52,630 nt of DNA from Clostridia bacterium (lineage in GTDB: Bacteria; Bacillota; Clostridia; Oscillospirales; CAG-272), in NCBI GenBank assembly GCA_017522125.1, contig JAFXAC010000063.1, positions 1 through 52,630 of the forward strand. The letters are read 5' to 3'. The translations under genes and the position numbers were made by a program. Positions 26,254 through 35,627 of the stretch are shown piece after piece. Each line of letters begins with the position of its first letter. Within the stretch, counting starts at the first letter, position 1. A model generated the notes under the pieces. It was not told the origin of the DNA and did no database searches. It was given only the letters and a program-made list of their open reading frames with translations.

Positions 26254-27558
26254 TTACATCTTGATGTTGGAAAGCTCGGCGTCTGCCTTCGTCCAACCAA
26301 GACCCATGTACTTTCTCTCTTCCCAAGCCTTCTTTGCGATCTCGAAGGATTCGGGCAGAGGCTTCCAGTTCGACAGGGTTCTGGGGGGCATACCCGTGTC
26401 GTCCTGACCTTCCTTGCGGAAAGGAGTCCAGTGGTCGTTCTCGTACTTCTTACGATCTTCCTCGTCGTCAAACTTAGGAACATCGTAGGTGATACCGCCG
26501 TTGCAAGCGGACTTCCATGCGAGAATACCGATAGCGGACATTGCGCATGCACGGTATACGTTGAGCCAAGGCTGCTCGTTGTTTCTGATAGCCTCACCGA
26601 AGTAGTACATTACCCAGAAGTCGCCGCCGCCGTGGCCTGCCTTGTTAGCAAGCTCCTCGTTTGCGGGCCAGCTGGGAGAGTAAGCACGGAAGCCGGGCTT
26701 GTCGCCTCTGTTGGACTTGGTGTGCCATACGTTGAGGAATCCGCTTACGCGGTCCATCTCGCAGTTACCGTGAGTGCAGTGGAGGGTGGTGATGTTAGAC
26801 TCGTTACGGAACGCGCCCTGAAGGGTACGAACGACCGCACCGTTGGACATCTGGCAAACGATGATTCCGCCGCTGTCCTGAAGTCTGATCTCGCTTCCAC
26901 GGAAGCTCTGGTCCTCGATCTTGGGAACGAAGCCGTTGACCTTGGTGGGAACGGTGTTGGTGATATGCATGATGGGCGCAATTGCGTGCGTGCAGTAGTA
27001 GGTAGAGGGGATCTGGTTTCTCCAGTGGTAAAGTCCGGGAGCGATGTTGTGGGTGGTAGAGGGATCCATAGGATGGCAGTACTCGCCCTCGCCGTAGAGA
27101 AGCTCGCCAAGCTCGCCGCTCTCGTAAAGACGCTTCATCTCAAGGCGAACCTTGGTGAAGGGATAGTTCTCTGCGATCATGTAGATCTTGCCCGTTTCCT
27201 CAACTGTGCGGCAAAGCTCAACGCCCTCTGCGAGAGTGTTGATAGCGGCGCACTCGGAGAGAACGTGCTTACCTGCCTTGAGGGCCTTGATAGCCATGGG
27301 GGCATGCTCGTGGAAGTAGTTAGCAAGAGCGATTGCGTCTATCTCATCGTCCTTGAGCATCTCGTCAAAGTCGGTATAGAACTTCATCGGGCCCTTTCCT
27401 GCTGCCTCGCGTCTTTGCTTGATAATGTCGAGCTTATCGCCGCGATTGTCGCAGATAGCAACGGGCTTGAAGCCTGTGTCCTTTGCCTGGGACATAAAGA
27501 CTGAACCGCGTCCGGTTCCTACAACACCAAGTCTGATAGGTTGCTGTTCCATATCCAT
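26254..27558 (-). CDS. Gfo/Idh/MocA family oxidoreductase (GH109-like)
   Basis: GVVGTGRG Rossmann motif, AGKHVLSE, AENY, GEY.H, GHGGGDF; start at the ATG after AAAGGA. Confidence 0.85.
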   Translation of the reverse strand: MDMEQQPIRLGVVGTGRGSVFMSQAKDTGFKPVAICDNRGDKLDIIKQRREAAGKGPMKFYTDFDEMLKDDEIDAIALANYFHEHAPMAIKALKAGKHVLSECAAINTLAEGVELCRTVEETGKIYMIAENYPFTKVRLEMKRLYESGELGELLYGEGEYCHPMDPSTTHNIAPGLYHWRNQIPSTYYCTHAIAPIMHITNTVPTKVNGFVPKIEDQSFRGSEIRLQDSGGIIVCQMSNGAVVRTLQGAFRNESNITTLHCTHGNCEMDRVSGFLNVWHTKSNRGDKPGFRAYSPSWPANEELANKAGHGGGDFWVMYYFGEAIRNNEQPWLNVYRACAMSAIGILAWKSACNGGITYDVPKFDDEEDRKKYENDHWTPFRKEGQDDTGMPPRTLSNWKPLPESFEIAKKAWEERKYMGLGWTKADAELSNIKM

Positions 27559-27619
27559 AGTTAGTTCCTTTCTTTTGGGCACAAGGTTCATTTTTGATAT
27601 AATGCCCACAGTTTATTTT

Positions 27620-27648
27620 ATTATAATCCTTTTGGCATAATATGTCAA
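27620..27648 (-). promoter_or_regulatory. Sigma-A promoter
   Basis: TTGACA-17 bp-TATAAT on the minus strand. Confidence 0.75.
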
Positions 27649-27744
27649 GTAAAAAAGCCAAAAAAATAAATACTTTTAATAATACTTGCAATTTTTATAT
27701 TAATATGCTATTATTAAATAAATATGTTCTATGGGGGTGAGAGT

Positions 27745-28794
27745 GTGGCAGTCAAAGCAGAGCTTCGCGCGGCTATGACCGAGGCGGAATTTCGCAAGGC
27801 GGTAAAAAATCTCGGCGGCGCGTTCTTTTTCTTCGGTGACGAGGATTATCTGAAACAAAACGCCGTTGCCGTGGCTAAAAAAACGCTGTTTTCCGACGAG
27901 GGCGCGGCGTCGTTCGATATGATAAGCATTGACCGCACCGCCTTCTCTCCCGACTCGCTTGCCGCCGCGCTCGCGCCGCCGCCGATGCTGTCGGAGCGCA
28001 AGCTCATCGTAGTTTCGCTAACGCTCTCGGACCTTCGCGCCGCCGAGCAAAACGAGCTTTTCGACCTGCTTGAAACGGTGGGCACGGGCGATGACGAAAC
28101 GAATCTCTTAATAATAAATATGTCCGCCGACGGCTTTGACGCGGGTACGCCAAAGCGTCCGTCCGCAATTTACAAAAGGCTTGCCGCCGTCGCAACGCCC
28201 GTCCGCTTTGACCGCATAAATCCCGCGCGGCTTGCCTCGTGGGTGGCGCGGCACTACACCTCGCGCGGCGTCAGCGCGTCCGACCGCGTGTGCGAGGCGA
28301 CCGTGCGCCATTGCGGCACGGATATGTTCCGCCTTGCGTCCGAGGTGGACAAGATAAGCTATTTCGTCCTTGCCCGCGGCAGAAAAGAGGTGACGGCAGA
28401 GGATATTGCCGCCGCCGCGTCGTCGAGCGAGGAGTTTGACAGCTTTGCCTTTGCCAACGCGATAACGGCGCGTCAGTACGAAACGGCACTGCGCGTTCTT
28501 GCCGTGATGAAGGCGGAAAAGATAGAGCCTGTCAGAATTATGGCTGACCTCATTCGCGTTATCTGCGATATGCAAGCAGTTTTTGTCTGCCGCAAGGCGG
28601 GAATGATGCAAAACGAGATAGCCTCGGTGACGGGCATCAACCCCTACGTGCTTGGCAGATACCTTACCGCCATCGAGGGTATGACGGCGGAGCGTCTTTC
28701 CACGGCTCTTGCCGCTTGCCGCGAGGCTGACGCCGCCCTGAAGGGCTACGCGAAGGACTATATCCCCATCGAGCGCCTCGTTTGCTCGCTGTAA
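27745..28794 (+). CDS. holA: DNA polymerase III subunit delta
   Basis: FFFGDEDYLK, PPMLSERKLIVV, EVDKISYF, D..LK near the C-terminus; start uncertain (27724 or 27745). Confidence 0.85.
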   Translation: MAVKAELRAAMTEAEFRKAVKNLGGAFFFFGDEDYLKQNAVAVAKKTLFSDEGAASFDMISIDRTAFSPDSLAAALAPPPMLSERKLIVVSLTLSDLRAAEQNELFDLLETVGTGDDETNLLIINMSADGFDAGTPKRPSAIYKRLAAVATPVRFDRINPARLASWVARHYTSRGVSASDRVCEATVRHCGTDMFRLASEVDKISYFVLARGRKEVTAEDIAAAASSSEEFDSFAFANAITARQYETALRVLAVMKAEKIEPVRIMADLIRVICDMQAVFVCRKAGMMQNEIASVTGINPYVLGRYLTAIEGMTAERLSTALAACREADAALKGYAKDYIPIERLVCSL

Positions 28795-28864
28795 AACGGC
28801 GAAATTGTGCAATCCGCCGAAATTTTACTTGAATTGTAAATTTTGAAAAAAAGTTAAAAACAAG

Positions 28865-28951
28865 TTTTCCACACCCCAAAAAATGGAAAAGTCGAAAAAA
28901 GTCCTTGAAAACAGAGGTTTCCCACAATTCCCACATAGTTTTCCACAGGGG
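28865..28951. promoter_or_regulatory. DnaA-box cluster resembling oriC
   Basis: TTTTCCACA at 28865 and 28939; near-boxes at 28882 (inverted), 28918 and 28927. Confidence 0.7.
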
Positions 28952-29019
28952 TGAGACTAATTGCTAACATAAATACCATTCTAAACTAAATCGTCAAATT
29001 GCACAAAAAAGGTGATTTT

Positions 29020-29694
29020 ATGATAACGAAAGAGCTGCTTTCCCGCTATCGCGTGCTGTTTATTATGCTGATAATAGTGGGAATCGCAATAATTGTCCAT
29101 ATTGCCGTGTGGGGCGCCCAGCCGCGCACCGCCGCCGACTTCGGCTTTAGTGACGAGGTGTCGCCGTGCGACGCTGACGGCGACGGAGTGGACGATTTTG
29201 CCGATATGGTCGCGGGCGCGCGCGCCTACATCGCCACGAACCCCGTCTACGAAAGTAAATATTTTGCGGGCGGATACCCAACCGACGGCACGGGCGTTTG
29301 CACCGACGTCATCTGGCAGGCGTTCGCCGCCGCGGGCTATACCTTAAAGGATATGGTCGACGCGGATATCGGCGCAAACCACTCCGCGTACTTTCCCGAC
29401 GGAAAAGCGTCCGACTCGAATATAAATTTCCGCCGCGTAAAGACGCTTGCCGTCTTTTTCGAGCGCCACGCACGCTCCCTTCCCATCTCCACGGACGAGC
29501 CGTCCGATTGGATGCCAGGGGACGTGGTGGTATATGAAAAGCACATTGCCATCTGCTCCGACCGCCGCAACGCGCTGGGGCTACCGTACATAATCCACCA
29601 CGGCAGCCTTGAGGACGGGGCTGTTGAGGTCGACAGACTGACCGCCGCGAAGATCGTAGGACATTACAGATTTTACGGAAAGAGCGCGGCATAA
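29020..29694 (+). CDS. DUF1287 (YijF-like) membrane-anchored protein
   Basis: N-terminal TM; GGYP..GVCTDV, DSNINFRRVKTL, WMPGDVV, HIAI, IIHH. Confidence 0.8.
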   Translation: MITKELLSRYRVLFIMLIIVGIAIIVHIAVWGAQPRTAADFGFSDEVSPCDADGDGVDDFADMVAGARAYIATNPVYESKYFAGGYPTDGTGVCTDVIWQAFAAAGYTLKDMVDADIGANHSAYFPDGKASDSNINFRRVKTLAVFFERHARSLPISTDEPSDWMPGDVVVYEKHIAICSDRRNALGLPYIIHHGSLEDGAVEVDRLTAAKIVGHYRFYGKSAA

Positions 29695-29715
29695 AGCATT
29701 TTTCGGGGGTTTTCA

Positions 29716-31887
29716 ATGAAGATTCTTATATGCGCCACACGAATGAGCATCGGCGGTGCCGAAACGCACGTGCTGTCCCTTGCGCGCGCCCTGCGCGCGA
29801 TGGGACAGCTTGTTTGCGTGGCTTCGTCGGGCGGCGAGTACGTCGGCGCACTGCGCGAGGCGGGCATTCGCCACCTCACTCTGCCCCTTGACAAAAAAGA
29901 CCCCTCGTCCGTTATGAAATGTCGGAACGAGATATACAAAATAGTATGTGAGGGCGGCTTTGACATAGTTCACGCGCACGGGCGCATTCCGTCCTTCGTT
30001 TGCGACTCGCTTCGCGGCAAGGCGGGCTTCGTTCCCGTCGTCGTTACCGTCCACGGCATTTACGACCCCGCGCCGCCGCGCCGCCGCCTTTCAAAATTCG
30101 GTGACCGCGTAATCGCGGTCAGCGCGGATATCAAGGACGACCTTATCAACACCTACCGCGTCGACGGCGCGAAAATTTGCGTCATTCCCAACGGCGTTGA
30201 CACCTCAGCGCCCGCGCACGTTCCCGCGCCGCGACTTCGCATCTTCACCGCGAGCCGACTTGACGAGGACACGGCGCTTACGGCAATACTTCTTTGCGAC
30301 CTTATGCCGCGCCTGCGCCGCGATTTTCCGCACCTTGACCCGACGCTCACCATCGTTGGCGGCGGCAAGATGCTCCTTCGCGTGCGCGAGGCGGCAAAAA
30401 TGGCGAATCTGCAAGCCGAGGGCTCGGTCACCGTCTTGGGAGCTGTAACGGATATGCCGTCGATGCTTGCACGCGCCGACGTTTTCGTCGGCTCGTCGCG
30501 TGCCGCGCTCGAGGCGATGTCCGCCTCCGTCCCCGTCGTGCTTTGCTCCGACGCGGGCTGCGCGGGCGTGCTTGACGAAAAGACCGTTCTTGAGGCGGAG
30601 CGCACGAACTTCACCTGCCGCGGTGCGTCCGAAACCTCGTCGGAGCTTCTTCGCGGCGAGCTTGAGCGTCTGCTTTGCGCCACCGCACAGGAGCGCACGG
30701 CACTCGGAAACTTCGGCAGGGCGTATATTCTCCGCCGTGCCTCGACCGAGATAGTGGCGCGAAAAACGCTTGCCGAGCTTCGCGCCTGCCTTGACGAAAA
30801 GCGCGGCGAGATAATGCTTTGCGGCTACTTCGGCGCGGATAACGCGGGGGACGACGCCACGCTTGCGGCGGTCCTGCGCAGTATCTCGCAGATAGCGCCC
30901 CGCGCGAGGGTGAGCGTTATTGCACGCAACGGCGGCACGCTCCCACGCGGAGTCGAGCGCATTTCAAGGCTTGATATGCGAAAAATTTGCGCTCATCTTA
31001 AAAAAACGCGCCTTTTCGTCCTTTGCGGCGGAACCTTGATACAAAACAGCACGAGCAATCGCTCGCTCACATACTACCACACGCTGTGCGAGCTTGCCAA
31101 AAAGCACGGCGCGCGCGTGATGATATGGGGCGGCGGCGTAGGGCCTCTGTATGGCGACAACGCCGCAGACCTTGCCGCCGACGTGATAGAATGCTGTGAC
31201 GCGGCGGGCATCAGGGACGAGCGCTCGATTCGCGGCGCGAAGGCGCTCGGCATTGATACCGCGCACCTCTACCCGTCCGCCGACGCGGCGCTTCTCACGC
31301 CGCCGCTTCCGCTTCCCGCGGGCGGCTCACTGCGAAACGGGCATTGCTTTGCCGTTTGTCCGCGCTCCATCGCGGGGCTTCGCCGCGACGGTGAGGACGT
31401 AAACGAAAAGGATATGCAAGCCCTGCTTGTAAATTCGGTGCGTCGCATCGCGGATAAATACAAGATAACACCGCTTTGGCTTCCGCTTGCCGAGGAGGAC
31501 GTAGCCCTTTGCCGCAAGCTCTGCCGCAAATGCGGACGCGGCAGGGTGATGCCGCGCTTGCAGGCGGGCGAGATAGTGTCGCTTTTGTCGGGCTGTCTTT
31601 TCTCCGTGTGCATAAGACTGCACGGCGCGGTATTTTCCTCGTGCGCGGGCATTCCCGCCATCTGCCTGCCGTACGACCCGAAGGTCGAGGCGTTCTCTGA
31701 CCGCGCCGACCATCACTCCGTAGATATGAAGGCGCGTGACCTCTCACCGCTTTCGGTGATAAAGATCGCAGACCATATCCTCAGCTACCGCGACAGGCTT
31801 TGCGCAAACGTCAAGGCGCGCGCCGCCGAGCTTCGCCGCGCCTGCGCCGCCGACGTCGAGGCGGCAAGGAGGCTGTGGGAAGTGTAG
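29716..31887 (+). CDS. csaB: GT4 glycosyltransferase fused to CsaB-type polysaccharide pyruvyl transferase
   Basis: N-terminal GGAETHV/VHAH/IPNGVD; C-terminal GYFGADNAGDD, GGTLIQNSTS, RLHG, YDPKV. Confidence 0.82.
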   Translation: MKILICATRMSIGGAETHVLSLARALRAMGQLVCVASSGGEYVGALREAGIRHLTLPLDKKDPSSVMKCRNEIYKIVCEGGFDIVHAHGRIPSFVCDSLRGKAGFVPVVVTVHGIYDPAPPRRRLSKFGDRVIAVSADIKDDLINTYRVDGAKICVIPNGVDTSAPAHVPAPRLRIFTASRLDEDTALTAILLCDLMPRLRRDFPHLDPTLTIVGGGKMLLRVREAAKMANLQAEGSVTVLGAVTDMPSMLARADVFVGSSRAALEAMSASVPVVLCSDAGCAGVLDEKTVLEAERTNFTCRGASETSSELLRGELERLLCATAQERTALGNFGRAYILRRASTEIVARKTLAELRACLDEKRGEIMLCGYFGADNAGDDATLAAVLRSISQIAPRARVSVIARNGGTLPRGVERISRLDMRKICAHLKKTRLFVLCGGTLIQNSTSNRSLTYYHTLCELAKKHGARVMIWGGGVGPLYGDNAADLAADVIECCDAAGIRDERSIRGAKALGIDTAHLYPSADAALLTPPLPLPAGGSLRNGHCFAVCPRSIAGLRRDGEDVNEKDMQALLVNSVRRIADKYKITPLWLPLAEEDVALCRKLCRKCGRGRVMPRLQAGEIVSLLSGCLFSVCIRLHGAVFSSCAGIPAICLPYDPKVEAFSDRADHHSVDMKARDLSPLSVIKIADHILSYRDRLCANVKARAAELRRACAADVEAARRLWEV

Positions 31888-32027
31888 TGAAAACGCGGAG
31901 CGTTTTCAAATGATGCATTTGCCTTACGGCAAATATGATGCACGCTTCGCGTATGATGAATGATGCGTTTGCCCTTCGGGCAAACATGAAGGAAAAAAGC
32001 GGAAGAAACACAGTTTCTTCCGCTTTT
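31887..32027. repeat. Modular mini-hairpin repeat (left-arm type)
   Basis: Begins on the last base of the csaB TAG stop; same modules as the copy at 12360. Confidence 0.9.
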
Positions 32028-32142
32028 ATTTATTTCAAATTCATTTTTCACAAAAAAATCACCTTAAGTTTACCAAACGAACTATATTAATATGTAAAAT
32101 AATACCGTAAATAAAATCGGCAAGCACATTTAAGGAGAAATT

Positions 32143-33102
32143 ATGAAAAAGGGCATTTTGTCCGCCGTGGCGTTCATTCTTGCGCTGACGGCGTTCAGCG
32201 CGTACCTCTTGCTTGACACCTTCGTCATCGCGCGCGACGGCGACGCGATAGTGTCGATGGGCGATCTTACCTTCCCCACGCGAGAGACGAGTGGGAATGA
32301 GCCGTCGGGCACAAGCGGCGAGGCTACGCTCCCCGACGGGTGGGAAGAAAACTTCACCGACGAGGCGGTGTGGACGGACGATTCCTACACCGACAAGAAT
32401 ATTTCGGTAAAAATAACCGAGTACCGTCGGCACGATACCACCATCTACGTCGCGGACGTGCGCCTTTCAAGCGTCGAATACCTCAAGACCGCGCTTGCGA
32501 AGGGCAAATACGGCTCGAATATCAAGCAAAAGACCTCGGAAATGGCGAAAAATAACGACGCAATTATTGCCATCAACGGCGATTACTACGGCGCGCGCCG
32601 CGCGGGCTTCGTTATTCGTCAGGGCGTGCTGTACCGCGAGAGCGCGGCTGACGAGCGCGAGGCGCTTTCCATTTTCGTTGACGGCTCGTTCTCCGTCGTG
32701 GACGAGGAAAGCTCGTCCGCGCGTGAGCTTCTCGCCGCGGGCGCGTACAACGTCCTCTCCTTCGGACCGTCGCTCATCGTCGACGGCAAGGTGACGGTCG
32801 GCGAGCGCGACGAGGTCGACCAATCTATGGCGAACAATCCGCGCACGGCGATAGCGTACGTTGAGCCGCTTCACTACCTGCTCGTCGTGTCCGACGGACG
32901 CACGAGCGAGAGCAAGGGACTAAAGCTCTATCAAATGGCGGATTTTCTCCGCGAGCTTGGCGCGACCGTCGCGTATAATCTCGACGGCGGCGGCTCGTCC
33001 ACGATGTATTTTGGCGGAAAGGTCATAAACAACCCCACCACAAACGGCAAAAAGATATCCGAAAGAGAGGTGAGCGACATTGTTTACGTCGGTTACCGAT
33101 AA
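32143..33102 (+). CDS. Phosphodiester glycosidase (NAGPA/DUF2233) family protein
   Basis: AINGDYY, FGPSL, NPRTAI, DGR, NLDGGGSS; N-terminal TM. Confidence 0.88.
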   Translation: MKKGILSAVAFILALTAFSAYLLLDTFVIARDGDAIVSMGDLTFPTRETSGNEPSGTSGEATLPDGWEENFTDEAVWTDDSYTDKNISVKITEYRRHDTTIYVADVRLSSVEYLKTALAKGKYGSNIKQKTSEMAKNNDAIIAINGDYYGARRAGFVIRQGVLYRESAADEREALSIFVDGSFSVVDEESSSARELLAAGAYNVLSFGPSLIVDGKVTVGERDEVDQSMANNPRTAIAYVEPLHYLLVVSDGRTSESKGLKLYQMADFLRELGATVAYNLDGGGSSTMYFGGKVINNPTTNGKKISEREVSDIVYVGYR

Positions 33103-33481
33103 GGCGTGCCGCCGCGCACTCGGCGCGTGCCTTGCGTACCTTGCCGCCGCGCTTTTCTGCCTTCTTTTCGGCGCGGTCTACGAGCATTTCAGCCACGGCG
33201 TTTACTCAAACGCGATGGTGTACGCCTTCGCCTACCCCTTGTGCCTCGGCGTGCTTCCGTTTTTTGCCGCTTGCGCCTTTGGCAAAGAGCGCCTCGCCCC
33301 ATCGGGCGCGTCCGCACACCTGTGGGCGTACGGCGTTGCCACGCTGACGGTCGGCAGTATCCTTTCGGGCGTGCTTGAAATTTACGGAACGGACTCCGCC
33401 CTTCTCGCCGTTTACCCCATCGCGGGCGCGGCACTGCTTTTAGCGGCAGGAGTGGTGAAAACGCGAAGCGTTTTCAAATGA
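33080..33481 (+). CDS. Small four-TM membrane protein
   Basis: Hydrophobic segments, YEHFSHGVYS and EIYGT motifs; overlaps the previous gene. Confidence 0.7.
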   Translation: MFTSVTDKACRRALGACLAYLAAALFCLLFGAVYEHFSHGVYSNAMVYAFAYPLCLGVLPFFAACAFGKERLAPSGASAHLWAYGVATLTVGSILSGVLEIYGTDSALLAVYPIAGAALLLAAGVVKTRSVFK

Positions 33482-33771
33482 TGCATTTGCCCTTCGGGCA
33501 AATATGATGCACGCTTCGCGTATGATGAATGATGTATTTGCCCTTCGGGCAAACATGAAGGAAAAAAGTGGTTGAAGCACGGCTTCAACCACTTTTGTTT
33601 TTATAAACGCTTTTTGCCCTCGGCAAAAAGCTACCTTCATTTGCGCCTCGGCGCAACATCATTGGGCGTAAGCCCACATCATTTGCCGAAGGCAACATCA
33701 TTTGCGCCGCAGGCGCAACATCATTGTGAAAACGCCGCAGGCGTATTTCACTGAAACCGCTCCGCGTTTTC
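33455..33771. repeat. Modular mini-hairpin repeat, two-armed copy between convergent genes
   Basis: Left arm plus acatcatt-linked right arm; overlaps the 3' ends of both flanking genes. Confidence 0.9.
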
Positions 33772-34620
33772 CCCCCACACCCTCTCTGCGACCTCGGCGA
33801 TTTTCGCCGCCTCGTCGGGCGGGCAGGTCGTGAGCGTGCGCTTTTTCGGCTTGCCCCACACGTTGAAAAAGCGCGGGCCTATCCACTCGTTCACGCCGCA
33901 ATCCTCAAAGCAGCCGCGCAAAATAGACAGGCACGCCCTTTTCGGACGCATAAAAATGACCTTCATCGGGTGCTTTATCAGCGCGAAGATGACCTTCGGA
34001 TAATGCGCCGTTATGCCCGTAAAGCTGATGCCCGGGTGCGCCACGGCAAGTCCCGACGCGCCGCCGTACAGCGCGTAGAGCGAAAACATAAGATACCTTT
34101 TTGAATTCCCGTAGGCGTGGCTCGATTTTGTGCGCGTGGAGAAATCCACGTCGGAAAGATCGGCGCGGCAATAGTTGTGCGCGATGCTTCCGACCGCCAC
34201 CACCCTGCCGCCGCACGCGTCGATATGCGCCCTCAGCGCACGCGCAAGGCAATAGGGCGACACGAAATTTATCTGAAAAACGTTGTCGTAGCCCGTAGAG
34301 CATTTGTGGCGCGGGATATTGTACGCGCCCGCGTTTAGCACGAGCAGGTCAAGCGGCGCTTTTTTAAGCTCGTCTGCCGCCGCCGCGACCGAGGCTATAT
34401 CCTCCATATCCACGCGCAAATAGCTGACGGAGAGCGTGGGGAACTCGCCCACCAGCTCCGCGCCGAGCGCGCGCGACCTCTCGCCGTTGCGGTCAAGCAG
34501 TACAAGGCTTGCGCCGAGCGCGGCAAAATAACGGCACAGCGGTCTGCCAAGCCCGCCCGTCGCGCCGCTTATGGCAACTCTCTTGCCCGAAAGGGACTGC
34601 GTTTTTACACCCTTTATCAT
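33748..34620 (-). CDS. SDR family oxidoreductase
   Basis: SGATGGLG, LNAG, YGNSK catalytic motif, HPG. Confidence 0.88.
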   Translation of the reverse strand: MIKGVKTQSLSGKRVAISGATGGLGRPLCRYFAALGASLVLLDRNGERSRALGAELVGEFPTLSVSYLRVDMEDIASVAAAADELKKAPLDLLVLNAGAYNIPRHKCSTGYDNVFQINFVSPYCLARALRAHIDACGGRVVAVGSIAHNYCRADLSDVDFSTRTKSSHAYGNSKRYLMFSLYALYGGASGLAVAHPGISFTGITAHYPKVIFALIKHPMKVIFMRPKRACLSILRGCFEDCGVNEWIGPRFFNVWGKPKKRTLTTCPPDEAAKIAEVAERVWGENAERFQ

Positions 34621-35498
34621 TTCGTTTTGACCTTATAGCCGTCGGGAATGGGCTGCTCCTCGAAAACCGCCTTGTACGCCGCTTCCTTCATATCGGCTGA
34701 AATTTCCTCGCCCATTCCGCAGGTGTATTTCACCGTGCGCGGGTCGTGCATAAATATCTTGGCAAAAATGGTGTACGCCACGAGCGCGCTGCCCTTTGCG
34801 GACGGGTGGAAAAGGTCGTCGCGGTAGACCTCGATCTTCCCCTGCGTGTGAATGTCAAGCATCGCAACGCCCGCCAAAATGACCTGCGCCCCCACCTCCT
34901 CGGCGATCGCGGTGTACGCCGCGCGGAGCTTCATTTCCATTATCTTCGTCGTGCCGCCGTGGCTTGAAAGCTTGGAATATCCCTTTTTGTAGCCCCAAGT
35001 TTCGTAAAGATACAGCTCGGCACCGTTGTCCTTGACCTTTTTTGCAAGGTCGCGCACGCCGCCAAAGAAGCGGCTTCGGTTTGCGATGGGACAGCCGCTT
35101 TGCTCCTGCAAAATAACTATATCGTATTTATTGTTTTTCAGCGCCTTGTCCACCTTTGCGCCGTACTCGTCCGATGTGTCGGCAAACTCGGACAGAAAAT
35201 GTCCGCCGTTCGTTATCGCCTCGACCTTCACCTTGTAGCCCGCCGCACCGCAGAGGTTGCGGAAATACTTGGTAGGCATATCGTTGTAAAAGGTAAAGCT
35301 GTTGCCGATAAAGAGTATCCTCAGCTCCGTTTCCTTGTCGCGCAGGGCGGTGGTCTCCTCTGCCGTAGTCTCGGCGGGAGTGGTCACTGCGGGAGTGGTT
35401 TCGGGCGTTGTCGGCGCGGTAGTCTGCTCCGCCTCTCCGTTACAGGACGGAAGCACGAGCATCAGCGCGGCGAGCGCAAAAGTAAGCAGTTTTTTCAT
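34617..35498 (-). CDS. SGNH/GDSL hydrolase-like lipoprotein
   Basis: Lipobox LPSC, Thr/Pro linker, FIGNSFT, LQEQS, D.FHPS. Confidence 0.8.
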   Translation of the reverse strand: MKKLLTFALAALMLVLPSCNGEAEQTTAPTTPETTPAVTTPAETTAEETTALRDKETELRILFIGNSFTFYNDMPTKYFRNLCGAAGYKVKVEAITNGGHFLSEFADTSDEYGAKVDKALKNNKYDIVILQEQSGCPIANRSRFFGGVRDLAKKVKDNGAELYLYETWGYKKGYSKLSSHGGTTKIMEMKLRAAYTAIAEEVGAQVILAGVAMLDIHTQGKIEVYRDDLFHPSAKGSALVAYTIFAKIFMHDPRTVKYTCGMGEEISADMKEAAYKAVFEEQPIPDGYKVKTK

Positions 35499-35627
35499 TT
35501 TTTCACCTCAAACGGTAATTTCATTCCTATTATACATCATTTCGCGGCGGTTGTAAATGCTTTTCCCCGTTGCTTTTTTCGCTAAATTATGATATAATGT
35601 AGTTTAATACAAAAAGCAGGTGACAAA

